In this document: piece by piece, positions 17,341-26,014 of the stretch
How positions within the stretch are numbered: position 1 is the stretch's first letter
Layout of the letters: each line of letters begins with the position of its first letter
DNA from: a virus
DNA: 64,000 nucleotides
IMG/VR virus record: IMGVR_UViG_3300045988_172839
Coordinates: 96,001 to 160,000 of that record
Strand: one strand, 5' to 3'
Position numbers and translations under genes: made by a program
The notes under the pieces: model-generated
The model's database searches: none
What the model saw: only the letters and a program-made list of their open reading frames with translations
Told to the model about the DNA's origin: nothing

Positions 17341-19155
17341 CTAACCCAATAAATCCGTGAAAGTAGCTACGGATACCGCTTGTTGTGAGAAATCATGTGT
17401 TGCTTCTTCTGCGGAGTCTACAAATTCAGCACCAACAAATTCTGCGAAGTCTTTCAAATTCAAAGCAGTTTGTGACTTACGCTCTACTGCGAGAGTTAAT
17501 TTCTCACTTGCTTGTTCATTTGGCACTCGACCACCTACAGACAAGTTTGTAAGCACTACTGCACCTTCTACATTCGTTGCAAAAACCATTGCTTTATCTG
17601 TTGGAATACTTGCTTGGAACAGAAGAGACCCATCTTCCACTACAGAAGTTGCTTTCTTATCCAAAGATTTAGAAATGTAAATCTTACAAGCATCTGAATC
17701 GAATTGGTTATATGGATTCATACTAAAGGTCAAACCTTGCACACCTTCAATAAGTAACCCTTCTGCTGCCAAACCTTGACGGTTGAGACAAGTCATATCT
17801 CCTGTATAAGTGACACCACTTATATTCTCAGAATAGAAACCAACGTGGCGACCGTCTACGCTTTGAGCGTGTAAGTCCAAATCACCGTCTTGGTTCCAGT
17901 AGATACCGATTTGGTAGTTATCTGAAACTTCGATACGAGTGTACATAGGGTATGAACCAATGAAAGACTTAGCAGTTATTGGAAGTGCAATCGAAATATG
18001 CTCTTCTGGTTGATAGAATTTCAACTCTTTTTCTGCAAAGCGAGACTTGAACTCTTCTCTAATACGTTCTAAGTACAAGGCAACCACATGGTTCGCTAAA
18101 CCACTAATAGGAGTTTGTTTGATAGCTTTTACATAAGTTTTACCGTTACGAATACGATAAACTTGGTAATCACCCTCAACCAAGACAACTAATTCACTCA
18201 AATAGTTGTAGTAGCGAATAAGTTGATAGTTTGTGATACCGCTCAAGTCTTTAGGGAACTCCTTTAAAAGAGTTTTAAAGGTATGGTCTTTACGAGAGAC
18301 TTCAGACAAACGCTTCATAGCGTTTACTTCTCTTTGAAGACCTAATTTACGTAAGGTCAACCACAACTGCTTGTTTGGACGGAAATGATCGGCTAAAGGT
18401 TGGAGACCCTGTTTTGAAACAAAGTCTTTAACCAAAGACACAATCAAGTCTTTCTTATCTTTTGATAAGTATTGAACTTCGTGGCGCAAATAACTGAAAG
18501 TCATAGAGTTCTTGTAGTAGTCAGTTGTACCTAAGAGGATACGAACCAACAAACGAACTAGTAACTCTGGATTTTTAGGAGCGACTTTATAGCGATACCC
18601 AAATTCAATTTGAAGCTCTTTATTGGCTTTCTCAGTAATATCTATACCATAGTGTTCTACCAAATCTGCCAAGATTGAAATGTCGCTTGTAGGTAAAGCC
18701 AAGGGTTGATTTAGAAAGACTCCTAAATCATCTCGAACTTCCATATAAGACTTAATTTGAATAGTTGTTAAATGTGTGTTCAAAGCAGTTTGAAAGGCTT
18801 TTTCCTCAGAATTAGGAATGAAATCTGTGCCGAAAAATTCTTTTAACCCACCATAAGTCATAGCATAATGACAAAGACGGTCAAATACCACTTCCTCCCA
18901 ACTTAAACCTTTACGAACCTCAAAAGTCTCATAAAAGGTAGCGTTGGCGTTTCTCAAATCAACCCCATAGAGCTTAATTAAAGCGTCTGCAGTCTCTTTT
19001 GAAATTGGTTCAAGAGGGTCTACGAGGATACCGTAAGTTAAACACAACTGAGTGTTTTTAAGGTCTCCAATCTCTTTTGTGCTTTCTACAACCTTTAAAT
19101 ATTTTGCTAAAGTTTCAATTTGTGCGTAGTTCATTTCCAACCTACTTCTTTCCAT
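17341..19155 (-). CDS. hypothetical protein (604 aa), C-terminal part with weak TerD-like signature
   Basis: long ORF. GIYWNQDGDLDLHAQSVDGRHVGFYSENISGVTYTGDM loosely resembles the TerD pattern GWD..DLD.SA...F....SGD. The CDS is firm; the function is a weak guess. Confidence 0.45.
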   Translation of the reverse strand: MERSRLEMNYAQIETLAKYLKVVESTKEIGDLKNTQLCLTYGILVDPLEPISKETADALIKLYGVDLRNANATFYETFEVRKGLSWEEVVFDRLCHYAMTYGGLKEFFGTDFIPNSEEKAFQTALNTHLTTIQIKSYMEVRDDLGVFLNQPLALPTSDISILADLVEHYGIDITEKANKELQIEFGYRYKVAPKNPELLVRLLVRILLGTTDYYKNSMTFSYLRHEVQYLSKDKKDLIVSLVKDFVSKQGLQPLADHFRPNKQLWLTLRKLGLQREVNAMKRLSEVSRKDHTFKTLLKEFPKDLSGITNYQLIRYYNYLSELVVLVEGDYQVYRIRNGKTYVKAIKQTPISGLANHVVALYLERIREEFKSRFAEKELKFYQPEEHISIALPITAKSFIGSYPMYTRIEVSDNYQIGIYWNQDGDLDLHAQSVDGRHVGFYSENISGVTYTGDMTCLNRQGLAAEGLLIEGVQGLTFSMNPYNQFDSDACKIYISKSLDKKATSVVEDGSLLFQASIPTDKAMVFATNVEGAVVLTNLSVGGRVPNEQASEKLTLAVERKSQTALNLKDFAEFVGAEFVDSAEEATHDFSQQAVSVATFTDLLG

Positions 19156-19387
19156 TTCTCTTCAAAACGAAAGCCCTAAACCAAGTGATCTAGAGCTAAC
19201 ATGTGCGAACCGTAATAAACCATTCGTAGTAAAGGGCAGTACGTCTTACCAAGTACCACCTACTACGAATATTATATATTTCCTAAGTAAAGGAACGGTT
19301 TTATGCAATCAATTCAATTAGGCGAGGTGTAAATTCATCAGCTTTATGTTTTCGGTAGAGGAACACCTTTATGCCAAATATATTTAT
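19156..19387 (-). promoter_or_regulatory. long (~225 nt) 5' leader with a strong internal hairpin
   Basis: lies between promoter 19388-19416 and ATG 19155; perfect 10-bp stem attcgtagta (19222-19231) / tactacgaat (19261-19270) around a 29-nt loop. Confidence 0.45.
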
Positions 19388-19416
19388 AGTATAGCACAAA
19401 CTTTGATGTTTGTCAA
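19388..19416 (-). promoter_or_regulatory. sigma-A-type promoter of the 604-aa gene
   Basis: TTGACA-17-(TGc)TATACT. Confidence 0.7.
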
Positions 19417-19430
19417 GGGAAAACTATCAT

Positions 19431-19898
19431 TTACTGTACTTTATGATAGTATTGGTCATCACAATCATCTTCATCAATGTAACCACCAAAATAACGAGCC
19501 AACTCGGTTAAAATACTCACCGCAACAGGGTCCATACCTAAGGATAAGGTTGTAATAGGTTGATTGAACTCTGGTAAATCACAGTCTAAATTCGCTTCAA
19601 TTTCCTCTGGCTCTAAAATAAAGCGAGAATTATAGTGATAGAAAATGTTACGAGTAGTACCGTTAACAGCAACATCAATAAAACCATATTCCTTGAAATC
19701 TTCACCGTTGCGGTATAAAATAGGACAAGAGACACCATTTACAGTCGTAGTTTTTGGGTGAGTAGTAGGTTCATCCACCCCGACATTTACATTTAAAACG
19801 GAAAGGTCGCCTATAAATCTACTTACATATTCTAATGCACTTACAATTTCATGCACTGAAACATGACCTAAAAGAGCCGCTTTTGTATCATTTGCCAT
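19431..19898 (-). CDS. hypothetical protein (155 aa)
   Basis: ATG with GAGGT RBS; own promoter 19930-19958. Confidence 0.65.
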   Translation of the reverse strand: MANDTKAALLGHVSVHEIVSALEYVSRFIGDLSVLNVNVGVDEPTTHPKTTTVNGVSCPILYRNGEDFKEYGFIDVAVNGTTRNIFYHYNSRFILEPEEIEANLDCDLPEFNQPITTLSLGMDPVAVSILTELARYFGGYIDEDDCDDQYYHKVQ

Positions 19899-19929
19899 TT
19901 GTTTTTACCTCATGTAATTTGATAGGTTT

Positions 19930-19958
19930 ATTGTAGCAAAAATAAAAAGAAAAGTCAA
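19930..19958 (-). promoter_or_regulatory. sigma-A-type promoter
   Basis: TTGACT-17-(TGc)TACAAT; the -35 lies in the terminator stem. Confidence 0.6.
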
Positions 19959-19973
19959 GAATAAATCTTGACT
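19941..19973 (-). terminator. intrinsic terminator after nrdF
   Basis: AGTCAAGA-tttat-TCTTGACT then TTTCTTTTT; the 3' arm contains the next -35 box. Confidence 0.7.
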
Positions 19974-19980
19974 CTTTTTC

Positions 19981-22900
19981 TTATAAACCAACCATATAAT
20001 CGCTATCTTCCATAGCTTCAACTTGACCGAGAAGATACCCATTCCCAACTTGCGAGAAGAAATCATGGTTGGAAGTACCCGTTGAAATACCATTCATAAT
20101 GATAGGGTTAACATCATCTGCTGAATCTGGGAAGAGTGGATCTTGTCCTAGGTTCATAAGAGCCTTATTGGCATTGTAACGAAGGAAAGTCTTCACTTCT
20201 TCTGTCCAACCAATTTCATCATATAACTCTTCTGTGTACCTCTCCTCATTTTCATACAGAGTGTAGAGCAAGTCGTACATCCACGCTTTTAATTCTTCTT
20301 GTTCTTCCTCAGATAGCTCATTAAAAGCGAGTTGGAACTTATAGCCAATATAAGTACCGTGAACACTATTTCCAGTTATAACTACAGAGCCACTTTGACT
20401 ACGAGTTACCAAATACCCTGAAGGAACTTGGATACCGTAAATCTGCTCACCTTCAAGCTCAGTTCGTGTCACCGCAGCACCATAACTAGTGGAACCATTA
20501 GGTAAAATAGTTAAAGAATAATTAACAAGACCCTCTGCACTAAATGGTGAACGATCTTCAAACTCTCTAATACGAGTTTTATAACCAATTAAACTACACA
20601 AGGCTTGCACATAATCTATACTCTCTTTATTTATAGAGCAATATCTATAAGAGTTATCACTACATTTAGCACCTACCCAATCAAACAGTGTTTCCAAATA
20701 TTGTAAGCACCATTTAAAGTCTACTTCATTCAAAGGGCGTTTAGGTAAAGACTTCAACTTACTCTCTTCGATACCGAATTGGTTAAATTTAGAAATACGG
20801 AGTACAGTTCCATTTCCTTCGGGATAAGAATATTCCTTGTAAGTTATATCTAAAGACTCCAACAAATCTTTCATCTTTGCAATAATCTCTGGTTTACTAC
20901 TGCTCAATACCAGATGTTTACTTAAAGCACTTTCTACTACCGTTCCAAATTTAGACAAACAAATATATAAATCTTCCCATTTAGATAAAGGTTCTACCTT
21001 AGAGTTTGGAGATAAAACCTCAGTAGGATGCAACCAATAAGAGCTACTACCTAAAGTTAAATCCGCTGGCCGAGTAATCAATTTATCACTAGTCAAAGCT
21101 TTACGAATAAGTCTGTGATTAGGTGTACATTTTAAATCAACATAACCAAGTTTAGACTTAAACTGATAAATCTTAGGTGCAAAATCCGTTGAAATCGTAG
21201 AAACTGGTGCAAAATTCGTTCTGCGAGTTTCTTTATCAAACTGCAAGACCAAGTCTTGTGGGCGAATATCGGCTACGGATACCCAACCTTTAGGTGTTAG
21301 CACCTCTTGGTCTTTTGTCATGCACTCATCTCGAATAATAAGCTTAATAATCTCAGCCACATTAGGGAGTTTGTTGTTTCCTAAGTACCATAAAGGTGTA
21401 AAGAAACCAGAGTAGAAAAGGAAAGACTCTAGGAAGACACTTGCTACTTTCTTTTGAAGTGGGGTTCCATTGTCATAAACCTCTTTGATAATCTCTGCTT
21501 TCTTCTGCAAATATGGGTTGTTGGCAGTCCACTCAAAAATTTCTTCAATCTCAGACTTGGTGTTCAATGTGGAGAATATTGAGGAGTAGGACTTGGCGTG
21601 GACACAGTTGCCTGAGATAATAGTTTTTCGACCTGCAGATACCACTAGAAACTGCGAGGGAACTTCAACACCATAGACTTCTTCACCTTCCAGTTTCTCA
21701 AACGATAAACTTTGAAGTTGGACATCACGTTGATTTTCAGATGATAAAATACGAACATAGTAATTATCACTATACTTTTCAGATCTATCATCTATGTTTA
21801 CACCTGAGTTATGAGTATAACCTGCTAAAGTGCTAAGAACTTTAACAAAATTCGCGTTTTCAATTTCTTTTGTATAATAAGAAATATAACCTCTTGAACC
21901 ATCTTCATTATAGTGAACATGAGAGTCCCATAAAGAAAGCTCTTCAATAAATTGCTGTGCTTTCTCTGCATTGAAATCAGAAAAAGAGAACCAATTATTT
22001 AACACTTTAGGTTTTAAGTTCAAAGAACCTAACATTGTAAAAGGTACAAATACATTAAAGTTCCTTTGTGGTTTACATTTACCTGAACCTAGTTTACCGT
22101 TAATTTCCTTATAAGATATACCCGAATCTTCGCATAACTTTAATAATTTTGCTATCTTGGGCTCTTTAGAAAAACTAAACCGAATAGTAAAAGTTTCAGT
22201 TTTTAAACGAGGATCCTTATCTCGATATTGTTGAATCCGTTTAATTTCCCTCTCAGTAATAGACCCATCTGCTTGGAAAGCAATCAATAACTTCTCAAAA
22301 GGAGTTAAAAGGGAAACTGAAGTTTGTGTAACAAAAGGTCTCACTAAAGGTACGCGTCGATAAGCAGTTTTAGGAAGTTTCACAAAATCCTCAGCAGTTA
22401 CAACTCCGTATTTATAAGACTTCCATGCATCTAATGGAGAACCGGATTTTAAAGAAGTCTCTTCAAAAAGCATGCGGTGTCCGGGAGATACCCTTAAATC
22501 TACTGCTGAATTATATATCCGCTCAATATGAGGTGCTTTGTGTTTAGATGTTTTTATAACCTTTTCAAACCTTGTAGTTTCTGTCTTTGGGTCATAAGCC
22601 AAAATAGTATCACCTTCAACAATATCCGCAATCGGAACCCAACCTCTATCAATCGTTAGAAGTTTATGGTCTTTCGTATAGCACTCCATAAACTCAATAT
22701 TGTTTAACACTGCTTCTTCATGCTGTGTACGAACATCTGGTTTAATTGCGGATACCCCGTCAACCGACTGCAACGTATCTAACAAGGTCAACCCACCAAA
22801 GACTTTAACTACTAAATCTCTTTCTTTTTCAGGCAACTTGCGCCAATCATCTAAATCATTAGACAAAGGAATACGAGTATCTAACCAAAATTGTTCAGTT

Positions 22901-23013
22901 AGTTTTTCCCAAGTTGCTTTATCAACTACGTCCTCAATGGCGTTCCAATTTATCGCCTTGTAAAAATCTGGTTCTTGTGTCAAATCCTTCTCACTTTCTA
23001 ATCGTAATCTCAT
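19981..23013 (-). CDS. nrdF: ribonucleotide reductase beta subunit (NrdF/R2) interrupted by two inteins
   Basis: exteins read ...KAINWNAIED..WLDTRIPLSND..GGLTLLDTLQ..NNIEFME | CVHAKSYSSIF...IIRDE | SVHGTYIGYKF...NHDFFSQVGNGY; both di-iron ExxH motifs are present once the inteins are removed; mature length about 332 aa. Confidence 0.85.
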   Translation of the reverse strand: MRLRLESEKDLTQEPDFYKAINWNAIEDVVDKATWEKLTEQFWLDTRIPLSNDLDDWRKLPEKERDLVVKVFGGLTLLDTLQSVDGVSAIKPDVRTQHEEAVLNNIEFMECYTKDHKLLTIDRGWVPIADIVEGDTILAYDPKTETTRFEKVIKTSKHKAPHIERIYNSAVDLRVSPGHRMLFEETSLKSGSPLDAWKSYKYGVVTAEDFVKLPKTAYRRVPLVRPFVTQTSVSLLTPFEKLLIAFQADGSITEREIKRIQQYRDKDPRLKTETFTIRFSFSKEPKIAKLLKLCEDSGISYKEINGKLGSGKCKPQRNFNVFVPFTMLGSLNLKPKVLNNWFSFSDFNAEKAQQFIEELSLWDSHVHYNEDGSRGYISYYTKEIENANFVKVLSTLAGYTHNSGVNIDDRSEKYSDNYYVRILSSENQRDVQLQSLSFEKLEGEEVYGVEVPSQFLVVSAGRKTIISGNCVHAKSYSSIFSTLNTKSEIEEIFEWTANNPYLQKKAEIIKEVYDNGTPLQKKVASVFLESFLFYSGFFTPLWYLGNNKLPNVAEIIKLIIRDECMTKDQEVLTPKGWVSVADIRPQDLVLQFDKETRRTNFAPVSTISTDFAPKIYQFKSKLGYVDLKCTPNHRLIRKALTSDKLITRPADLTLGSSSYWLHPTEVLSPNSKVEPLSKWEDLYICLSKFGTVVESALSKHLVLSSSKPEIIAKMKDLLESLDITYKEYSYPEGNGTVLRISKFNQFGIEESKLKSLPKRPLNEVDFKWCLQYLETLFDWVGAKCSDNSYRYCSINKESIDYVQALCSLIGYKTRIREFEDRSPFSAEGLVNYSLTILPNGSTSYGAAVTRTELEGEQIYGIQVPSGYLVTRSQSGSVVITGNSVHGTYIGYKFQLAFNELSEEEQEELKAWMYDLLYTLYENEERYTEELYDEIGWTEEVKTFLRYNANKALMNLGQDPLFPDSADDVNPIIMNGISTGTSNHDFFSQVGNGYLLGQVEAMEDSDYMVGL
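20368..21324 (-). mobile_element. intein 2 in nrdF (319 aa)
   Basis: starts CMTKDQEVLTPKGWVSVADI, ends ...TRSQSGSVVITGN, followed by the +1 Ser of SVHGTY; its termini resemble those of intein 1. Confidence 0.8.
21607..22683 (-). mobile_element. intein 1 in nrdF (359 aa, LAGLIDADG-type middle)
   Basis: starts CYTKDHKLLTIDRGWVPIADI, contains LLIAFQADGS, ends ...VVSAGRKTIISGN, followed by the +1 Cys of CVHAKSY. Confidence 0.8.
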
Positions 23014-23320
23014 TTGTAAAATCGTTTTGCAAAACTCGGAAATGAACCTCAGTTATTGCACCACTCTGATGAAGATTGTATAGATTAAAATGCACATACC
23101 GTAAAAAGTAGACTTCATCTTTGGTTAAGAATAGGTCATTTAAGTAGTGAAATTCTAACCAATTTAAAGTCTTTTCAATCTCAGCACATCTAAAACTTTT
23201 CAATTTAGTAAGAGGTGTCTTTAATTCTGTATCAAAGGCATATAAAAATGATAAAGCTAAAGACTCACTTGTGATTGGTATAGAGGAAACATCAAAAGAA
23301 ACAATAAGTTGCTTAATCAT
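22991..23320 (-). CDS. hypothetical protein (109 aa)
   Basis: ATG ORF with AAAGGT RBS. Confidence 0.6.
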   Translation of the reverse strand: MIKQLIVSFDVSSIPITSESLALSFLYAFDTELKTPLTKLKSFRCAEIEKTLNWLEFHYLNDLFLTKDEVYFLRYVHFNLYNLHQSGAITEVHFRVLQNDFTNEITIRK

Positions 23321-23325
23321 GCTAA

Positions 23326-24015
23326 CTACCTTTCTAACTCAATTACAAAGTCAGTTGAAGTTGAACCGAACCAACCGTAGACAGTTCTCTTACCTCTAAT
23401 ATCGCCTATTTTACCTATTGAGTCAGAACCATAATAGATAGTAAAGGGTTTAAACGCTTTAAGTGAACCTTTACGGTATTCTTTTGAACCGCTGCGAACC
23501 TCAGTAGTTAAACTATCAAAGTCTGGTCCTTTCCATCTAAGGTCTTCAGATTTTACTAAAACAATGAACGACTTGGTATCACCTAATAGTGGATCAGAAA
23601 GTTCCTTAGTCACACTACTATACGGAAAATCTTCAATCCGTTCATGATAATCTACGAGAACATGTTTATCAAAATTAAGAGTCTGATATAGGGAACTGAG
23701 AGCAATAATACTCATAAAAAGAAATACAAATTTATTCAACTTTACTAAATTGGAACCGAAATTTGAAGTAAATCCTATATACATTAAAACTAAAGCAAGT
23801 AAAACTACCCCTACAAAATAAAATGTAGCGTAAGACCCAAAAAATACATAAGGAACCATCAAAGGTAAAGATACCGCAAGTGTTATTAAACCTAAATAAA
23901 CCCATTTGTTAGAACTCTCTTTAAGTTGAGACCACAAATACTTTAAATCTTTAGGTTTTTCAGCAATTAGAACCGTGTCTACATGTTCAGTTGTTTCAAT
24001 CATTTTATCGCTCAT
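23326..24015 (-). CDS. membrane protein (229 aa)
   Basis: about four hydrophobic helices in residues 35-115 (WVYLGLITLAVSLPLMVPYVFFGSYATFYFVGVVLLALVLMYIGF...), soluble C-terminal half. Confidence 0.65.
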   Translation of the reverse strand: MSDKMIETTEHVDTVLIAEKPKDLKYLWSQLKESSNKWVYLGLITLAVSLPLMVPYVFFGSYATFYFVGVVLLALVLMYIGFTSNFGSNLVKLNKFVFLFMSIIALSSLYQTLNFDKHVLVDYHERIEDFPYSSVTKELSDPLLGDTKSFIVLVKSEDLRWKGPDFDSLTTEVRSGSKEYRKGSLKAFKPFTIYYGSDSIGKIGDIRGKRTVYGWFGSTSTDFVIELER

Positions 24016-24021
24016 CTAAAT

Positions 24022-24468
24022 TCAACCTTTCATCATTTCAAAGAACAAAATGGAGAACTCTAACCGTTGCCACAATGTTTCCAATTCACTCTCACAAGTA
24101 AACACAAATTGCTCTAATTGGCGCTTGCGCTCTTCCTTGATACCCTTGGTGTTTTCTGCTAGTGAAAACCACTTATTCTCCAACTGAGTCAAAATAGACA
24201 ATTCTTTCTCAGTCTTAGAACCTTGGCGAAACTGCTCAGTTGCTTTTAGTTCCAGCAAACGGTTTCTGTAAGACTCGGTTAAGAGTTGCGCTTCTTGAAT
24301 TTGGTTCAAGTAAGACAAAATTGTTTTGTCGGATACTAAAACTTTTGTCTTTAAAGCTACTGGGTGGAATTGCTCTCTTGTATGTAAGTAAGCGAAGACC
24401 TTATAAATGTTTTCTTCACGTTTTCCTGCAGAAAGAGAACCCATCTCTCTTAGTTTGTTTGCCATCAA
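24022..24468 (-). CDS. hypothetical protein (148 aa)
   Basis: ORF overlaps the stop of the upstream gene by 4 nt. Confidence 0.6.
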   Translation of the reverse strand: MMANKLREMGSLSAGKREENIYKVFAYLHTREQFHPVALKTKVLVSDKTILSYLNQIQEAQLLTESYRNRLLELKATEQFRQGSKTEKELSILTQLENKWFSLAENTKGIKEERKRQLEQFVFTCESELETLWQRLEFSILFFEMMKG

Positions 24469-24905
24469 TTCTGAACCTCACTTCTATGTTTCGCACTCCG
24501 AATCATCACAACTAGAGAAAGCAAATAGTTTTCGACTAACTTAGCTTTCATAAAGTAAGCAGTTTCAGCTCTTCTTAGTAACCATAATTCTGCTTTATCC
24601 GAATCAGTGAACTCAAAAACTTCATAGAATCCTTTAATTTTTAGATAAAAGTCTTTGTCAGTATGCAGCAAAGAAACTTCGGCTTCTGGTTTAAAAAGAG
24701 AGCCGTCAAAAGTTGTATGATACCCGAAAGCAGAGAGAACAGTTGTAAATTCGATGTCTTTAAAGTTTCTAAAGTACGTATCTAAATGACCAATCTCACG
24801 TTTTTCTTGCTCTACATTTCGAGGTAAGGTTGCGAACTGATTATCCAATACTCTGCGCCATTTTCGACCTAGAATACTAGGTCTTTTCTTAATTTGTTTT
24901 GTCAT
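24465..24905 (-). CDS. hypothetical protein (146 aa)
   Basis: ATG ORF behind promoter 24943-24971. Confidence 0.65.
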   Translation of the reverse strand: MTKQIKKRPSILGRKWRRVLDNQFATLPRNVEQEKREIGHLDTYFRNFKDIEFTTVLSAFGYHTTFDGSLFKPEAEVSLLHTDKDFYLKIKGFYEVFEFTDSDKAELWLLRRAETAYFMKAKLVENYLLSLVVMIRSAKHRSEVQN

Positions 24906-24942
24906 AGATTGATAGTCTTTCTAAGAAAATTTTTATACTTTC

Positions 24943-24971
24943 ATTTTAACAAAAAATAAAAAGAAAGTCAA
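24943..24971 (-). promoter_or_regulatory. sigma-A-type promoter
   Basis: TTGACT-17-TAAAAT; the -35 lies in the terminator stem. Confidence 0.55.
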
Positions 24972-24986
24972 GGGAAAATGACTTTC
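24951..24986 (-). terminator. intrinsic terminator
   Basis: GAAAGTCA-8 nt-TGACTTTC then TTTTTATTTTTT; the 3' arm contains the next -35 box. Confidence 0.65.
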
Positions 24987-24995
24987 TTTATTAGG

Positions 24996-25727
24996 TTAAA
25001 TGCGAATTTGATAAGAAGTTGCGGCTTGGAAAAACTCAGCAAAACCGTAGTCGGAAAGACAGAACGATACCGAATTGGGTAGCCAAACATCTAAATTAAG
25101 TGGAATCACATAAGTTTCTGCGAATCTACAGAACTTACTGTAAAGACGGTTTGCTTTGAGGACTTGCTCTAAGGTTTGAGTTGGGTCTGCAACCAAAATA
25201 TGATGCGAGTGTTTCAACTCACTTAGAATATTGGTGTATTGATTCAAGTTCAAATCGGGATTATCTATATCGAAAATGTAGTCAGCCTTGTAGTAATCAA
25301 GACGAGTCTTCAACTTAGAAAAGTCATAAATATTCGGTAGGATAAAGTTACTTAAATCTTGTAAATCCTTTTCTCTTGTGGAGTAGAACTTCATGATTGC
25401 TAAGTCCTCCCAGGATAAGACAAGAACAGTTAAGTTTGAATAGTTTAACTCTTTATCAAAGGAAACCTCAGAAATATCTGGAACTACGAAAATCTTTTCG
25501 ACATCATTAGAGAGTTGAAAAGTTTGTAGTTGTTCAACCGTCAAAGGTAAAGAACCAATATAATCAATATCTCTAGTTTCTCTATATCCACCTGAAAGTA
25601 AAGATACCGCAGAGCCACCTGTGACAAAAATTTTAGCAAATTTATCTTGACGTTCTAGTTCTAAATTTAGTTGATTTAACTTCTCTAAAATCTTAGTGTA
25701 AGACAACGTTTGATAAGGTAAAAACAT
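24996..25727 (-). CDS. nucleotidyltransferase-fold protein (AbiEii/MNT-like)
   Basis: FVTGGSAVSLLSGGYRETRDIDYIG fits the GG.A...R.T.DID NTase signature; later WEDLAIMKFYSTREKDLQDL fits the conserved K....R.KD helix of that family. Confidence 0.45.
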   Translation of the reverse strand: MFLPYQTLSYTKILEKLNQLNLELERQDKFAKIFVTGGSAVSLLSGGYRETRDIDYIGSLPLTVEQLQTFQLSNDVEKIFVVPDISEVSFDKELNYSNLTVLVLSWEDLAIMKFYSTREKDLQDLSNFILPNIYDFSKLKTRLDYYKADYIFDIDNPDLNLNQYTNILSELKHSHHILVADPTQTLEQVLKANRLYSKFCRFAETYVIPLNLDVWLPNSVSFCLSDYGFAEFFQAATSYQIRI

Positions 25728-25941
25728 CTTCTTCTCCTAATTCTTGTGCAAAGGTACGAGTAGACCAAACCCTCTTTGGTAAATGAATAGAGCCACTTAA
25801 AACTAATTGACAATTTTCCTCAGACTCAAGCCAATTTAAAGCATCAAGCGTTTCTTTTTGCCTTGGTTTGTCCAACGAAAAGTACAAAACTTCGTGCCTT
25901 AGAATTAGGCGCATTTTTTCGATTAAATCAAGTTTTTCCAT
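25693..25941 (-). CDS. hypothetical protein (82 aa), overlaps the NTase gene start
   Basis: ATG with GAAGGA RBS; 35-nt overlap with the downstream gene. Confidence 0.55.
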   Translation of the reverse strand: MEKLDLIEKMRLILRHEVLYFSLDKPRQKETLDALNWLESEENCQLVLSGSIHLPKRVWSTRTFAQELGEEDVFTLSNVVLH

Positions 25942-25974
25942 ATTAAGACATCCTTCTTAACAAATTAGTGTAAC

Positions 25975-26003
25975 CTAAACAGAAAACAAGCTCAAGGCTT
26001 GTT
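25975..26003 (-). terminator. intrinsic terminator
   Basis: AACAAGC-5 nt-GCTTGTT then TTTCTGTTT. Confidence 0.5.
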
Positions 26004-26014
26004 AAGTATAAATC

